The notes under the pieces: model-generated
Databases searched by the model: none
What the model saw: only the letters and a program-made list of their open reading frames with translations
What the model was told of the DNA's origin: nothing
Part shown: positions 52,186 through 64,000 of the stretch, one piece after another
Layout: each line of letters starts with the position of its first letter
Position numbering within the stretch: position 1 is the stretch's first letter
Made by a program: the position numbers and the translations under genes
NCBI GenBank assembly: GCA_964234715.1
Contig: OZ174278.1
DNA length: 64,000 nt
DNA from: Podarcis melisellensis
Taxonomy: Eukaryota
Reading direction: 5' to 3' (one strand)

Positions 52186-52833
52186 AACAAGTGAAAGGAA
52201 ATGGCTGAAAAGAAATGGCAGAACCTTGTATTTCTGTTGTTTTAAACCTGACAATCCGGAGCTGAAGGATGTTCCTCCTTATTTTCTCCCAACTACAAAT
52301 TACAAGACATCTCAGGTTAGAAGACTCACATAATTGGACAGCAGAAACAGGTAAGCCTCTCAGTTCTGTTATTCTGCAGAAAATAAATATGCCAGATTTA
52401 TTTTAAAAGCTTACACTACTAGTAACTTACGGCTTCCATGTTGAACAGGATGTGTTAAATTCTTTCAGTTAAGTAACCACCATGTGCAGGTTGTCTAACT
52501 AGCTCAACATCGTAATGCACATTTATTTAGTATTCTCTACATTTGTGTCCTTGACAAGATAATTTGTTTATTGCTACAGGCGCATGTTTCATGCATACTA
52601 CTAGTTTGGTCCTATAATAGATATTGCTGCCCTTCTAAACTGTCCTAAAAGTCAGTGATGTGAGATCTGTGCACCCTTGTTTAGCTTTAAATCTTAAGGT
52701 TTTGTAGGACTTATTGCTCCTTTTCATTAAGCTCTTTTTCCCCTTTTACTTTCCACTGCAACATGGCGCTATGAAGTTCAAACGAATCCAGAATAAGACC
52801 AGAAGAGGGAAAAGCAGGTATATTTAAGAAGCT

Positions 52834-52839
52834 TTTATT
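52834..52839 (-). terminator. candidate poly(A) signal of CD247 (zeta isoform)
   Basis: TTTATT on + (AATAAA on -), ~1.65 kb after the stop, followed by a pyrimidine-rich tract on -; other candidates exist near 52520-52572. Confidence 0.45.
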
Positions 52840-52981
52840 TAAAAATACACAGAACACATTAGATAGAAAAGCATTTTCTTTGTTCTTTTCAACTTAATTT
52901 ATAGATTTAAAGCTCCAGAAGTGTATTTTTGAAAGATCAGATTTAGGCTGTGCACACCCCATACATTTAACCACCTCTGCC

Positions 52982-53292
52982 CAGTGCCGGATTTACATAT
53001 AAGCTAAAAAGAGCTATATAGCTTGGGGCCCTACTCTTTTGGAGGCCTCCAAAAAAATTAAAGGAAAAAACGATGTAAATTTCCAATATATAAGATGAAC
53101 TGAAATACAATTAAGATGTTTAACAATTACTTTGATAAAATGCATATTTTGTTATGTGCAAATGGCTTTAGATACCTATTAGGTCCATAAATTACCATAT
53201 AGCATATATTCAACACAAAAAAGAGTGACTATTTGTGGTTGACAAAGGACAGCTGGACATACAAAGGGCCTCATCAAACCTAAATCCAGCCC
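52982..53292. mobile_element. non-autonomous DNA transposon remnant
   Basis: inverted ends gccggattta / taaatccagc with ggggcc / gggcctc subterminal motifs. Confidence 0.65.
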
Positions 53293-54495
53293 AAGAATCC
53301 TAGGTTCTGTAGTTTAAGGGTGCTGGGAATTGCTCTGTAAGGAATAAACTACAGCCCCTGATTTCGGGAAGTGGGTGTATGCAGCCTTAGTCCGGTATGA
53401 GTTCTGACAAGCAGACTCTCACTTCCATTTTGCTGATAGAGATGTATGTGAACCCTTTTTGGATCAACCAATCTGATAAGATGGGCAGAAGGAATAAAAT
53501 TCCTCTGTGAAACTAGGTAAGGGAAATAGATTCAAGGTATAAAATTCTCTGCCTGGGGAAAAAGCATAATAGGCAGCTGTGACTTCCCACGTCCTAAGGC
53601 TAACTCTAAACACACTATGGAGTAAATCCACTGGCTATTCCTTTGTGTAAACATGCTCCCCAGCTAATTCCCCCCTTGCTCCACTGGTATTAAGCTCACT
53701 TAACCAGGACAGCAGCACCTGACAAGTTTGATCAGGATTCTGTCTTAACAGGAATTTGAAGCATCTACATTTAAAACAGGAGGTAATGTATTACTCATTT
53801 CAACCAACCATATGTCCTGTGGAAGAAGAACCTACTTCTATTCTCTTAACTATGGGAACATACTGTCTGTGCCTGCCCATACGTCTCATGCAGCATAAGT
53901 CAATTTTCATATTAAATCCCTTTAGCAGTGCATGTTTACTTAGAAGAATGCCCTACTGCACTTAGTCCAAGGTCAATGGTGGTGCATGTTTTTGTATCTT
54001 GGCAAAAGAGTGTTTAAAAAGGTCCTTCAGGGCAATGGTGATACACTGTATATCTCCTCCCCCAAACCCCAATTGCTATTTATAAATAAAAACCCAAACC
54101 TATAACAAGAGAGGGGGGCAGTTAACCTGTTGGTGCTCAGAATTATCTGATGTTTTGGAACGAAATCCTTCCACATGAGCAACATTTTTTAATGCACATT
54201 TAGCTTCAAAAAACATCTTTCTCCAGAAAAGAAAATGACTTTGAAATAGCCATCGCAACAGCTGGTCTTAAATTTTAACTGAGCAACAACATGGTGCCCA
54301 AGCTCTATAGCTATGTACACTTTGAAAGCTACAACTTGAAATTAGTTTTAAAAAGGAGCTTTGGTTTTTATGCTCATGTAAAAGTGGCATTTGTTGTAGA
54401 AGGCAACAGATTTCTGAACAGATCATCTTGAGAATGGTAATCAAGATTTCCGCTCACCATGGAATTAGTTCTCCTCTTGCTGGACTCAACTGTAG

Positions 54496-54564
54496 CTAGT
54501 AAGGAGGTGGTAGGGGCTGCATTTGAAGGACATCGTATGTATCCTTCGTTGCTTTGCTGAGACC
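54496..54564 (-). CDS. CD247: CD247 exon 8 coding part (GLSKATKDTYDVLQMQPLPPPY*)
   Basis: ctttatcag acceptor, TAG at 54498-54496, completes ITAM3. Confidence 0.96.
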   Translation of the reverse strand, partial: GLSKATKDTYDVLQMQPLPPPY

Positions 54565-57500
54565 CTGATAAAGAAAGATGAGATGACTCAAAGTTATAAC
54601 TAAATCAATATAACTGTAGTTATTAATCAGAAGTACTAAGTCCATATGCTCCTTCTAAAAATAAGTCCAACAACTCTGGCTTTCTATCCAGAGTAAATAA
54701 AGGTGACAGGCTGATACTCATAGCAAGGCAAAAGTCCTGCTTAGGAGATGAATATGACCGGTCCATTGTTTGTTGGAGGAAACAAAGTTGTATACTGCCC
54801 TTAGAAGCGCCTCTGTACTTGTTCCTTCACAGACTGCATTAACACCTCTGGGCAAGCAAAAATATTATCTTAGGTGGCTCAAAGTGAGGAACAGGGCACT
54901 TGCTCTGTTCTCCCATTGTAGAAAGGTGATCCAAATTGACAGGGTGCATGTATGCCAGAAACTAATTAAAGCAAAAGCAAACAAGATTCCTGTGTGAGCT
55001 GTTTTTGTGCAGCTTGCTTCCATAGGATTGTGACCCTGAAGTTTGTAGGGAGATAGGCTTGCTATCGCTGTGCCTTACCTGATAAACTGTTTCACTGCCT
55101 TTGCCACGTCGTCTCTGAAACAAAGAAGCCCAGCATCAATACAAAATCTCCCTGCCAAAATCTTTTTGCCCATGCAAATAATGGGAGGCTTGCTTCTGAT
55201 TGGTCTTTTAAGAAGGTGCTGCACAATCTGACTCAACTGCCCCTTAATCAGTAATAAATAAAAATTATAAAGCACAGAAGTGTCATTCAAACAATATCAA
55301 AAGGGTGAGGAGGATACTATAACTTCTGTTTTGCTTGACAGTACTGCTTTAAATAAAGGGTAGGAAAAAAGCAGGCAGAGTAGTGCCTGAAGCCACCTTG
55401 GCACCTTATGTGTAGAGCCAAATTGGCAAGAAGTGTCACTTACCTCTCCTTTCTTTCCAATTTCGCTGTATGCTTCAGCCATCTTATCCCGCTGTAGAGC
55501 CTGGCCATGGAAGATCAGAAAATGGTGTCAGCACGAATAAAATTAAAGTACTGTACTGTTTTCTGTCATACCACTCCTCTTTGTCAGAGATAAGAAACCA
55601 TGGACTCTCCCTCCAGATGTTCTTCCAGCTCACATCAACCCCAGCAAGCAATGTCCAGTGGTCAGGGACGATAAACATTGTAGTCTAGCATCATCTAGAG
55701 AGCCACCTACAGGTTCCCTATCCTTGCTACATAGATACAACAAAACAATACTTTCCCTGTGTTCATTCATGGGAGAGGAGATGTGATTGGTGGTCCAGAC
55801 TAAGGCAATGTTTCTTCCTTCACATTGCAGTTAGACTTGAAAGAAACCACTTGTTGAGTACAGTAAAAAAAACTCCTTTCAAGTCTACTTGCAGAAGTGG
55901 GGATGCTGCAGGCCAGATGGGGAGACCCTGCAGGTCAGCACTTACTCTTGCTTTATACTCTCTTTATTTGGTAATTCCCCCCCATGCCAAATAGGTCCCT
56001 GCTACTCCCATACTACAGACATGGGAGGATTTCAATGTTGCACTAATTGAGCATCCCTTGGTGGGCATAAGGAAAGGGCAGGAAGCCTTGTGGCAGGTCA
56101 CACAGCAGATTGCTGTAGTCAACAGTACTTCCTCCTGTACAACAAACTTGCACTACCACAACTGGGGCGGGTGCTGGGGAATACTATCCCACAGAACAGG
56201 TTGGGGGAAACTCTGGCCCTCCAGATGTTGCTGAACTTCTGCTCCCAACATCCCTGGCCATTGGCCATGTTTGCTGGGGCTAATGGGAGTTGGAGTCCAT
56301 CATGATATGAAGGGCCAATGGTTTTCCCATGCCTGCCATACAGTCTGTTCAATTGCACATTCTACCTTTCATTAATGGCATACAATTCATTTGAAAAGTG
56401 ATTACATGGAGCCTTATGCTTTGCTTTCCTAAAGTTCAGTGCTTGTGACTTTGGAACCAATTGCTGATACCGCAGTAGCACCTCAATGCCTGAGAAGCAG
56501 CAATTCCAGCAATAGTTTTTCTTCTCTCCCTCAAGTTACACTAAGGGAGGGATGCAGCAGCTAGATAGAAACAAGGAGTAGGAATACAGAAGATAAACCT
56601 AGCTGGGAGAAGGCAGAGAGAGGTTCGTTTACACACCTCACAAGGAAAGGAAATAAGCTATTTCATGACAGCTGTTTGCTGAAGCAGAGGAAAACAGATC
56701 ACAAACGTAGCATGCTGCTGAAATGGCATAGGAATAGACATGCACACGTGGAAAAAAAGTTTGCATGCAGGTGCAGAAAACATTAAAAAGAAAGAAAAAA
56801 TGGACTCCAGCAGAGTGAGGCTAAAATGCAACAGGAATATCAGTTTTTGTAAACCAAAGCAGACTGCTTTAGGGGTTCATTAACAGCATGAAAATAAGCT
56901 GGGTCTTGAAACACCTTCTGGGAGAGGTATTTGGCACCCATGGGCTCACAAACAGTCAAACAAATAAACTGGCAAATTGTCATATGTGTGCAAAAAGAGA
57001 TAAATTAATGAGGGTGATGCCTACATGGTAGCACAATTTACTTCCCAGTGTTGTTTCAGATGTCTTTAGGTGGGTTTTATGTGAAGGCGGCTGGTCATTT
57101 TAGAAAACTGAAAAGCAATTTAGAAAAATTCTAGACAATATGGCAAGAAACCAAAACGCTTTTCTGAAATGGTAAGTTCTTACCATGGTTTTACTTACAC
57201 TGTAAACTCTGTCCTGAGCTTGCTTTCTTCTGTGCTGAAAAGGGGAGGAAAAAACAAGCAGTTCTTGCAACTGTTCTTGCAGACAATATCAAAAAAATTA
57301 TTTGGGGATGTGCAAGGCATTGCAGAGATTCTTACATAGATGCTAGTCTTGGATTAGTCACAAAATTTCTAGCTGCATTTGACGATGCATGAAGCGTTAT
57401 CCTGAGATGCTGGTATATGTACACATGGCAGTGGGAAGGGGGCTATCAACATCTGTTGATAGAACTGACATCCTGACATATATAATGTGTGAACGATCCT

Positions 57501-60500
57501 TTGTCTCTATTCAGTCCACAGGCTATGGAGCTGAAACATTGCAATTTAGTGGCTTAATCAAACCACATGTGTGTGCTCCCACCCACCCACCCCAGTAACT
57601 CAGAGTAGCACTTCATGCACCTAAGGAAGTGGACTGTAATCCACAAACCTTATTCCATCCTTAATAATAAATCTATTAGTCTTTAAAGTGCCATCAGATT
57701 CTTTGCTGTTTTAGGAGAGGCCAGGGATGCCATGTCCCAGTGGCTGCCTAAGCTGGGCTGACATTTTCTCTGCACAGAAAAGAGGACCAGGATGAGATGA
57801 GTGAAGGTACCTGGGCTTTTCCCCCTCCTTCAATGTCAGCATCTGTCTGTTTCGCTCCCAGTGATGCATATTCATCTCTGGTTCCATGAGACAATCTCTG
57901 AAATGAAATATATAGATAGGGACATTTACAAGAATGACAGCTCATTGGTAAGTTGCAGTCCCGAGCTCCTAAGGGGCTGACCGGTACTGTGTCTTCAAAA
58001 TAGACTCAAAAACAAACAAGAGCTCAGTGAATCACATTCTGTTATGTTAAAACCATCCCATAAAATCCTGGTCCTAGACTCAAGTTGCTAACACTTTCCC
58101 CAATCCTTCCGCAGTCAAGGGATTAATTAAGAAACAGAGAGTCCATCTAGTCCAGCATTATTTTCTCTCCGTGGCCTATGCTGAGCGCAACACTCTTCTG
58201 GACCATACCTGGGTCATACCAGGTATTCAGAGGCATACTGCCCCCAATGCCAGAGGTAATACAGCCATTGTAACTAGTAGCTGTTGATGATCTCCAGGAA
58301 TTTGTCTAGACACCTTTGAAAACTCATAAGTTGGTGACCATCTGTACATCTTGGGGCTGCAAATCCCATAATTCAACTCTGTGTTGTGCCGAGAAGTACT
58401 TGCTTCCTGAATCTCCCACCATCCACCTTTCATGGGATGCCAATGCAGGCTTCCCAGTGACCTCTCATATAAACCCTTCCACTCACAAGGGCCGTCCAAT
58501 TATCCTTTTCTGCCAATTATCCTTCTCTCTACTACTGCAGGGCTGCCTCTCATTGCAGGAGAGAATAGCCATAGTCACAGTCCCATGCACAGCCCTTGTA
58601 CAACAGGCCTCTGTCTTCACCTTCCTTCTAGCATTAGAGCCGCTGACTCTTATACTAAACAGGAAACCGAGCTGGCCACACATAGAGTCTTCATGGCAGC
58701 AACATGGTGTAAGCTGCACGTGCAAGCTCATTCTTCTAGCAGGAGCCAACCAGAATCTCTTGATTCTAAACAGGAAAACAAGGTTAACCCTGCTTTCACA
58801 TAGGACACTGCTGTGAAGAACTCATGTAGGTCGCGCTCTCTCCTCCTTCAAAGCCCACAAACCATCTGTCTCTAGACTTTAGGCCAGAATAGGACCACTA
58901 TATGTGTAGCCATTTCCCCATAACTACACAAGGCTTCCCTTGCTTATTGACTGATTTAAGAATTTAGAAATTGCTCTACAGTAAAAGAATGCCTGAGTGG
59001 TGTACAAAAATAGACTGTGGGTGGCTTATCAGCTATCCTGGTCCAGAACTGTAATATGGCCCAGGAGCAAACTGGAAACTCATGCAATGCTTTCAACAGA
59101 GGTGTCATATGTTGACAGGTTGCCCCACAGTCCAACAATAGCTGCAGTTTCTGGACCAAATTCAATTTGGTCCAGTTTCTGGACCAAATTCAAGGGCAGC
59201 CCCATGTAAAGTGTGTTCCAGTAATCAAGCCTAGAGGTTACCAATGCGTGGGCCGCTTTCTCCAAGCCACCCCTGTCCAAGAATGGTTGCAACTGCCAAA
59301 CCAGCCCAAGCTGACAAAAAGCACTCTTGGACATGGAATACATCTGAGTTTCCAGTGGCAATGCCCCAATTACACAGCTACCCAGAACAGCTGATGGACC
59401 AGTTTCCTGGACCTAGGAACCACTCACCCACAGTGCCTCCAACATGATTGGCAGCTGATTGCCTGGCACAATCCCCTCTCAGCAATGGGCATACACCTGG
59501 TTGGTTGGGAGATGATTGCCTGTGGTGAGCACCTATCAGATACTTGCTACATTCCAGTTTTGGGCTATTGACATAATGGAGGAATGTGCAGAAGTAACAT
59601 GCAAAAGGTAAAGTATGGGTGGGGCAATGGAGACACTCTTGAGTATTTCTGTACATATTATCAGAGCAGAGCACTGCCATCTCTTTCATAGCAAATAGGT
59701 AAGCCAGGTAAGCCAAAGGTTGCCTTACTCTAGACTTTAATCTAGTGATTGAAAATAGAAGAATACGCTTGAGAGTGCTGCCCTATCCAGAAACTCCTTA
59801 GAAGGTATGTTTCTTTCAAATTCTTAAAGTGGGGAAGCAGCAAAGCAAAACCACTATTTTAATTAGTATGGAGAAGATCACACACTGAAAGACAAGAGTA
59901 TATTCCAAATGAAATATAGTTTAAATCTAGTTAACTGGGAGGCGATCTACTGGATGCTGTAATTTCATTTGATATAAAACTGGATCTGCATGCTCCTCAT
60001 TGTGGAGGGGCTGCCACCCACACTGTGCTTTGAAGTACCAACTATTGGGGCTTCAAAGTGCAGCAGCATCTGACATCCCTAAGACCACCTGTTTAATTTG
60101 GTCCACCAGGAGAACAGATTAAGATCTGGTCCACCAGACAGAAAAGATTCTCCACTTCTGATTTAAACCTAACTCCTGAGACCCACTACTGATACCTCTA
60201 TTGCCAGAAGATCTCACTGCCATTAACTCTCCCCCCTTGCTAAGCTGGGGGAACTTGAGAGGACTCTGAACAAAAGGGGTAATGAATTTTTAAAAATCCA
60301 TTTAGGATTTGCCCAGACTCTGGAGGAGTCCTAGTTGAATCTTGAGGGCAGATCCATGAAATCTGGTCTCATTTAATTGTCTGTCCTATTATAATTATTT
60401 TATTTTATTTGTGAAATAAAAATCATTCAATTTCAAGAAGACATAAGTTTAGTACTTACATTATATAGGTCCTCTGAATTCTGAGAAGTTTGAGGTTCAG

Positions 60501-63038
60501 GAGAGCCTTTGCCTATCTGGAAAACACAAAGCCCATTTCTATCTCTGAATGTGACTTTAACAGGATAATTTCTGCTAGTGATTTATAAATGGTGCTTTAT
60601 AAACCCACAACCCACACATTTCATGGCGATTCCAATATTCTCTTGTTCCCAAATTCAAATAATGCCAGTTATGTAAGTGTATGAAAACTGCAAATTAAAG
60701 ATGCACGTAAAAATGTAGATTCATCATAGAATTTCTAGATCTTTGGTCATCTTTTCCTAAACTCTCAGGAACTATGCATACATTGTGATATGTAGAGCAC
60801 CAAGCCGTTAAGAAGATCAAACATGTTTTAGGATATTAATAGAGTACTGAAAAGCTGCTCTGCAATGTTCTTGCAATCTTATCCTAACTTTATTTGCAGC
60901 TAAACAACCTCCTAGTGGCAATGGTAGAGATTTTACCCATTTGTTGGTAAATGGAAAAACGGTTCCAAAGTAAGTATTGTTCATCAGGCACCTTTTAATG
61001 GCAGGTATGAAATCTCAAATTTCCAAGAGGGAAAGTGTTTTGTTTTGTTGTTTTGTTTTTAATTAGTTATTACTAAAAGTTTTCTTGTGTAACAAAGAAA
61101 GTACATATAGCATCTCCGCTTTCAGTTCATAGAGTCTTTTTCACAGTTCGTTTACATTTGGTACGAAGCACCGTTGTCATAGACATTATGCGGGGGGCAT
61201 AAGTGGCAGAAAAAACTACACTCAATTAACTTCTCTCACAAAAAACATGAATAAATTCCAAATTCCTGCACCTCCCATCCTCAGAATGATGGGGAATTCC
61301 CAACACAGAACTATACTATATCACTTACGAAGTGCACCACATAATCCCATAGAAGACGGAATGAAATGAATGGGTACACATGGAAATAGATAAAACCAGA
61401 AACACCCCCACTAGAGTGTACACAAGAGAGAAAGTTGCATTGAAGGTTGGCAACAGGACTGCATCTTTCCTTCTCTCTCTTTGTACTTCTTGTCTCTGTA
61501 TACACTGCTTACCTGTGTGTGAATATGAATACAGAGTGGTAAAGGCAAAAGATTCAGTCTTTACATTGATAACTCAGCTTGCAAAGGCGTCACCTGAGGA
61601 CCACAAACAGCAGCTGCCACCATTTCAAATGTCTTTCATTAGGTTTGAAGGGATGGTTTTTGCTTTTCACTTGGCCAATATCTGGGGCTGGAAGCAAGCA
61701 GCTGGTTGTCAATTGACTTACTCCTCGATCAGAATCTCAGTGGTAAAACAGAGAAACCCTTTCACTAGGGTACTTTTATCATGCCCTCCCTAATGATCAC
61801 CATCTTGACTCGGCAATGGGCAGAAGTTTTGACTCCAGTAGTTATAAACAATGTGTATCAGGCAGTGGGAATGTAAACCAATTTCTTTACCCTCAGGCTA
61901 GCTCATGAAGGGTTTCCAATGTTAAGATCAGCTGTTTTCTGCTGGAGGCAAGCATCGCGGCCCCTTCTTGCCAATTTTGGCCACTGCCTATTTTCACTTC
62001 TTCATTTAAAGCTTTCTTCTTCTGTATTTAATGCCAGTGAGAAAAGGGACCAAGTTTTCTGTCATACTGTTGCTTCCTGCTTATAGATCAGCAGGGGGAA
62101 CTTCCAGCCCATCTGCCTCATTAGGTCAGCCACACTTCTCCATTCGGCCCGCAAGGCCATTTCGGCCAAGCCACACCCACACAGGACTGAACTCTGCACA
62201 TCAGCAGATACACAGGATATTCAGGTGTATATGGTTTCAGAGAGAAAAAAGTCTCTTGAGCCAAATGTAGAAGACTGGCAGGTGAAGTTTAGCTTGCAGG
62301 CCAGAGATTTTCCACCTGGTCCTAAGGAATCAATGAAGAGACCGCAAAGTGCCAGGCATCTCCAGTGACTTCTCAGGATACCCTCCTTCAGGAATGGGGA
62401 ACCTGTGGTCCTCCAGATGTGGCTGGATTTCAACTGTCATCACCCCAGGTGCCCAAATCAGCATGGCCAGTGGTCAGGGGTGATGGGAATTGTAGTCCAG
62501 CAAGGACACCGGTTTACCATCCTTGGACGACTTCCTTGTTCCATCTAGCAATCCCAGAAAGGGCTTGGGAGGATCTAGCAAGTTTAAAGAAACCTACTGC
62601 TGAGTGGTGAGAAGTTCCTTAGCACAAGGCATCTTTGAATTCCTGAGGTTATACATGACTGTATAACCATTCAAAACATTGTCCAGCATACCAGGTGACC
62701 AATGGAATGCTCTGTTGAAATGCTGAAGTTTCCAAACACCATGGTTTCTCAAATGAATCCAAGTGCCCAACAGCTCATCAGTACTCATCCTTATTCTCAT
62801 GTTGGAAAAAGTGGGTGGAATTGGTGCAGGAAATTGAAGACACAGAGTTTACAAATAAAAATAAAGTTTCCCAGGTCATTCCTTGTATGTTAAAGATCAA
62901 GTGTCTTCCCATTTTAAAGAGGCTTAGGACTCACCTTTAGTTTTACGAAACAGGCTGTGATGATTATAGCATAAATCAAGAGGATCCCATCCAGAATGTA
63001 GCAGAGTCTTGGATCTGTCAGGCCTAGTGCATTGGCAT
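54496..63038 (-). CDS. CD247: T-cell receptor CD3 zeta chain, spliced CDS complement(join(54496-54564,55079-55114,55444-55500,57199-57234,57811-57897,60460-60516,62935-63038)); exon 1 outside window
   Basis: Seven exons with canonical splice sites encode the TM (DPRLCYILDGILLIY) and three ITAMs (YNRL-x7-YASL, YSAL-x8-YSEI, YQGL-x7-YDVL). The tail-to-tail position next to POU2F1 matches known synteny. Confidence 0.97.
55079..55114 (-). CDS. CD247: CD247 exon 7 (RRRGKGSETVYQ)
   Basis: tgtttcag acceptor, gtaagg donor, 36 nt. Confidence 0.95.
55444..55500 (-). CDS. CD247: CD247 exon 6 (ALQRDKMAEAYSEIGKKGE)
   Basis: ggccag acceptor, gtaagt donor, 57 nt, DKMAEAYSEIG hallmark. Confidence 0.97.
56197..56355. 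mobile_element. hAT-Charlie-like MITE (related copies near 55590-55725 and 62389-62525)
   Basis: cagg..ggggaa.ct.tggccctccagatgttgctgaact...cccaacatccctggccattggccatg...gctaatgggagttggagtcca pattern recurring in the window. Confidence 0.7.
57199..57234 (-). CDS. CD247: CD247 exon 5 (HRRKQAQDRVYS)
   Basis: ccttttcag acceptor, gtaagt donor, 36 nt. Confidence 0.92.
57811..57897 (-). CDS. CD247: CD247 exon 4 (RLSHGTRDEYASLGAKQTDADIEGGGKAQ)
   Basis: catttcag acceptor, gtacct donor, 87 nt, completes ITAM1. Confidence 0.92.
58130..58450 (-). mobile_element. CR1 3' fragment
   Basis: gtccatctagtccagcat, attcagaggcatactgcc, agttggtgaccatc, cctgaatctccca; similar to the start of the 25965 element. 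Confidence 0.7.
58840..59400 (-). mobile_element. L2 fragment
   Basis: SAFCQLGLVWQLQPFLD, HALVTSRLDYWNTLYMGLPL, HMTPLLKALHEFPV on -. Confidence 0.85.
60460..60516 (-). CDS. CD247: CD247 exon 3 (IGKGSPEPQTSQNSEDLYN)
   Basis: ttttccag acceptor, gtaagt donor, 57 nt, first Tyr of ITAM1. Confidence 0.92.
62389..62525. mobile_element. hAT-Charlie-like MITE
   Basis: caggaatggggaacct...ggtttaccatccttg imperfect TIRs. Confidence 0.7.
62935..63038 (-). CDS. CD247: CD247 exon 2, ectodomain and transmembrane (DANALGLTDPRLCYILDGILLIYAIIITACFVKLK)
   Basis: ttaatgcag acceptor, gtgagt donor, 104 nt; CYxLD dimerisation motif with TM Asp. Confidence 0.97.
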
Positions 63039-63170
63039 CTGCATTAAAAAACAAACAAACCCATGTGTTGATTATGGAGAAAGTTTCCCTGTACTGAGTC
63101 CAGAGTCAAACTACTGGTTCCCCTCACTCAGTATTGTCTACATTGACTGGCAGTGGCTCTTCGTGGCTTC

Positions 63171-63365
63171 AAATAGGTACCGCTCCAGCGGGAAGGTAAA
63201 CGGTGTTTCCGTGTGCTGCTCTGGTTTGCCAGAAGCGGCTTAGTCATGACCCGGAAGCTGTCTGCGGACAAACACTGGCTCCCTCGGCCTATAGAGCGAG
63301 ATGAGCACCGCAACCCCAGAGTTGTCCGCGACTGGACCTAATAGTCAGGAGTACCTTTACCTTTA
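63171..63365 (+). mobile_element. Sauria SINE (Squam1), 5'-truncated
   Basis: aataggtaccgct...gcgggaaggtaaacgg, gagatgagcaccgcaacccc, and an (ACCTTT)n tail typical of the family. Confidence 0.85.
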
Positions 63366-64000
63366 GTGACTAGAGATCAATAATACAAATGCTAATTGGG
63401 CAAATTACCTAACAGACAAAGAGGTTGATAGGTTTCTTAGAATGACCACCTCTGGGTTTCATTAGAGATGTGATTGAACAGTTCACAAGACAGTAACATT
63501 TGCATGAATCGGTACCAATGTGCTGTCAAAGTGTAAACAATTAATGGGTGACACAAGCACTAAGGGCTGCCCCGTCCCACTTTCCTGCAGCTAAAGGACC
63601 AAACTCCACATTGTGTCAGTCATATATTTTAACAAACAAATTTTTCTGCACTTTATTTTGGAGTAAAAAAAAACACCCATCAAGCCACAATTCTGGCTCA
63701 GCAAGCTCCCTAGATTGCGAGACCATGCTGGTTTTGTTGCTAAAAAAACACCCCCTTATCTGACTGCTGGTTATCCCCCAGATGTGCTGTTTATAGTAAC
63801 AGTTGCCTAGACTGAGATGCATATCCCCATCCCTATCTAAAGACTCATCCAGCCTGCTCAATGGTTCCTAGAGAAACACTGCAAAAAAGGATGCAAGTAT
63901 ACTGTATATCCATATTCACATTTGCCTGCTCTAGAAGAAAGATTATGGTGCTGTCTTTGAAGCAGCAGAGAAAATCAGAGGTGGGGATTAGAGGAAAATT

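Noticed and set aside
58316-58816. 166-aa and 123-aa ORFs
   Set aside because: Begin in a CR1 fragment within a CD247 intron; no recognisable protein
45141-63506. Isolated perfect octamers (45141, 55172, about 63498)
   Set aside because: A few 8-mer matches are expected by chance in 64 kb of AT-rich DNA, and they have no supporting context

Overview
Vertebrate genomic DNA, most likely a squamate reptile (lizard-type SINE, L2, CR1 and MITE content). Two convergent genes are present. POU2F1 (Oct-1) is on the + strand: 15 coding exons from 3054 to the stop at 39146 splice into one uninterrupted frame with the POU-specific and homeodomain (740 aa from the ATG at 3062), followed by a probable ~13 kb 3' UTR ending near 52150. 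CD247 (CD3-zeta) is on the - strand: exons 2-8 run from 63038 to 54496 and encode the transmembrane segment and three ITAMs; the signal-peptide exon lies beyond the window. The most notable observations are: (1) a CD3-eta-like alternative terminal exon of CD247, with an intact splice acceptor and a DSLFQAV start, lying antisense inside the POU2F1 3' UTR at 50731, with a G14 run that sets the reading frame; (2) a 1.67 kb TSD-flanked retroelement with L1-like ends and no long ORF in POU2F1 intron 2; (3) a candidate Oct-1L-like alternative first coding exon at 961-1030; (4) a C-terminal PPxY motif on CD3-zeta. Comparisons with mammalian and chicken proteins are from memory and need database confirmation. 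No rRNA, true tRNA or CRISPR array was found.
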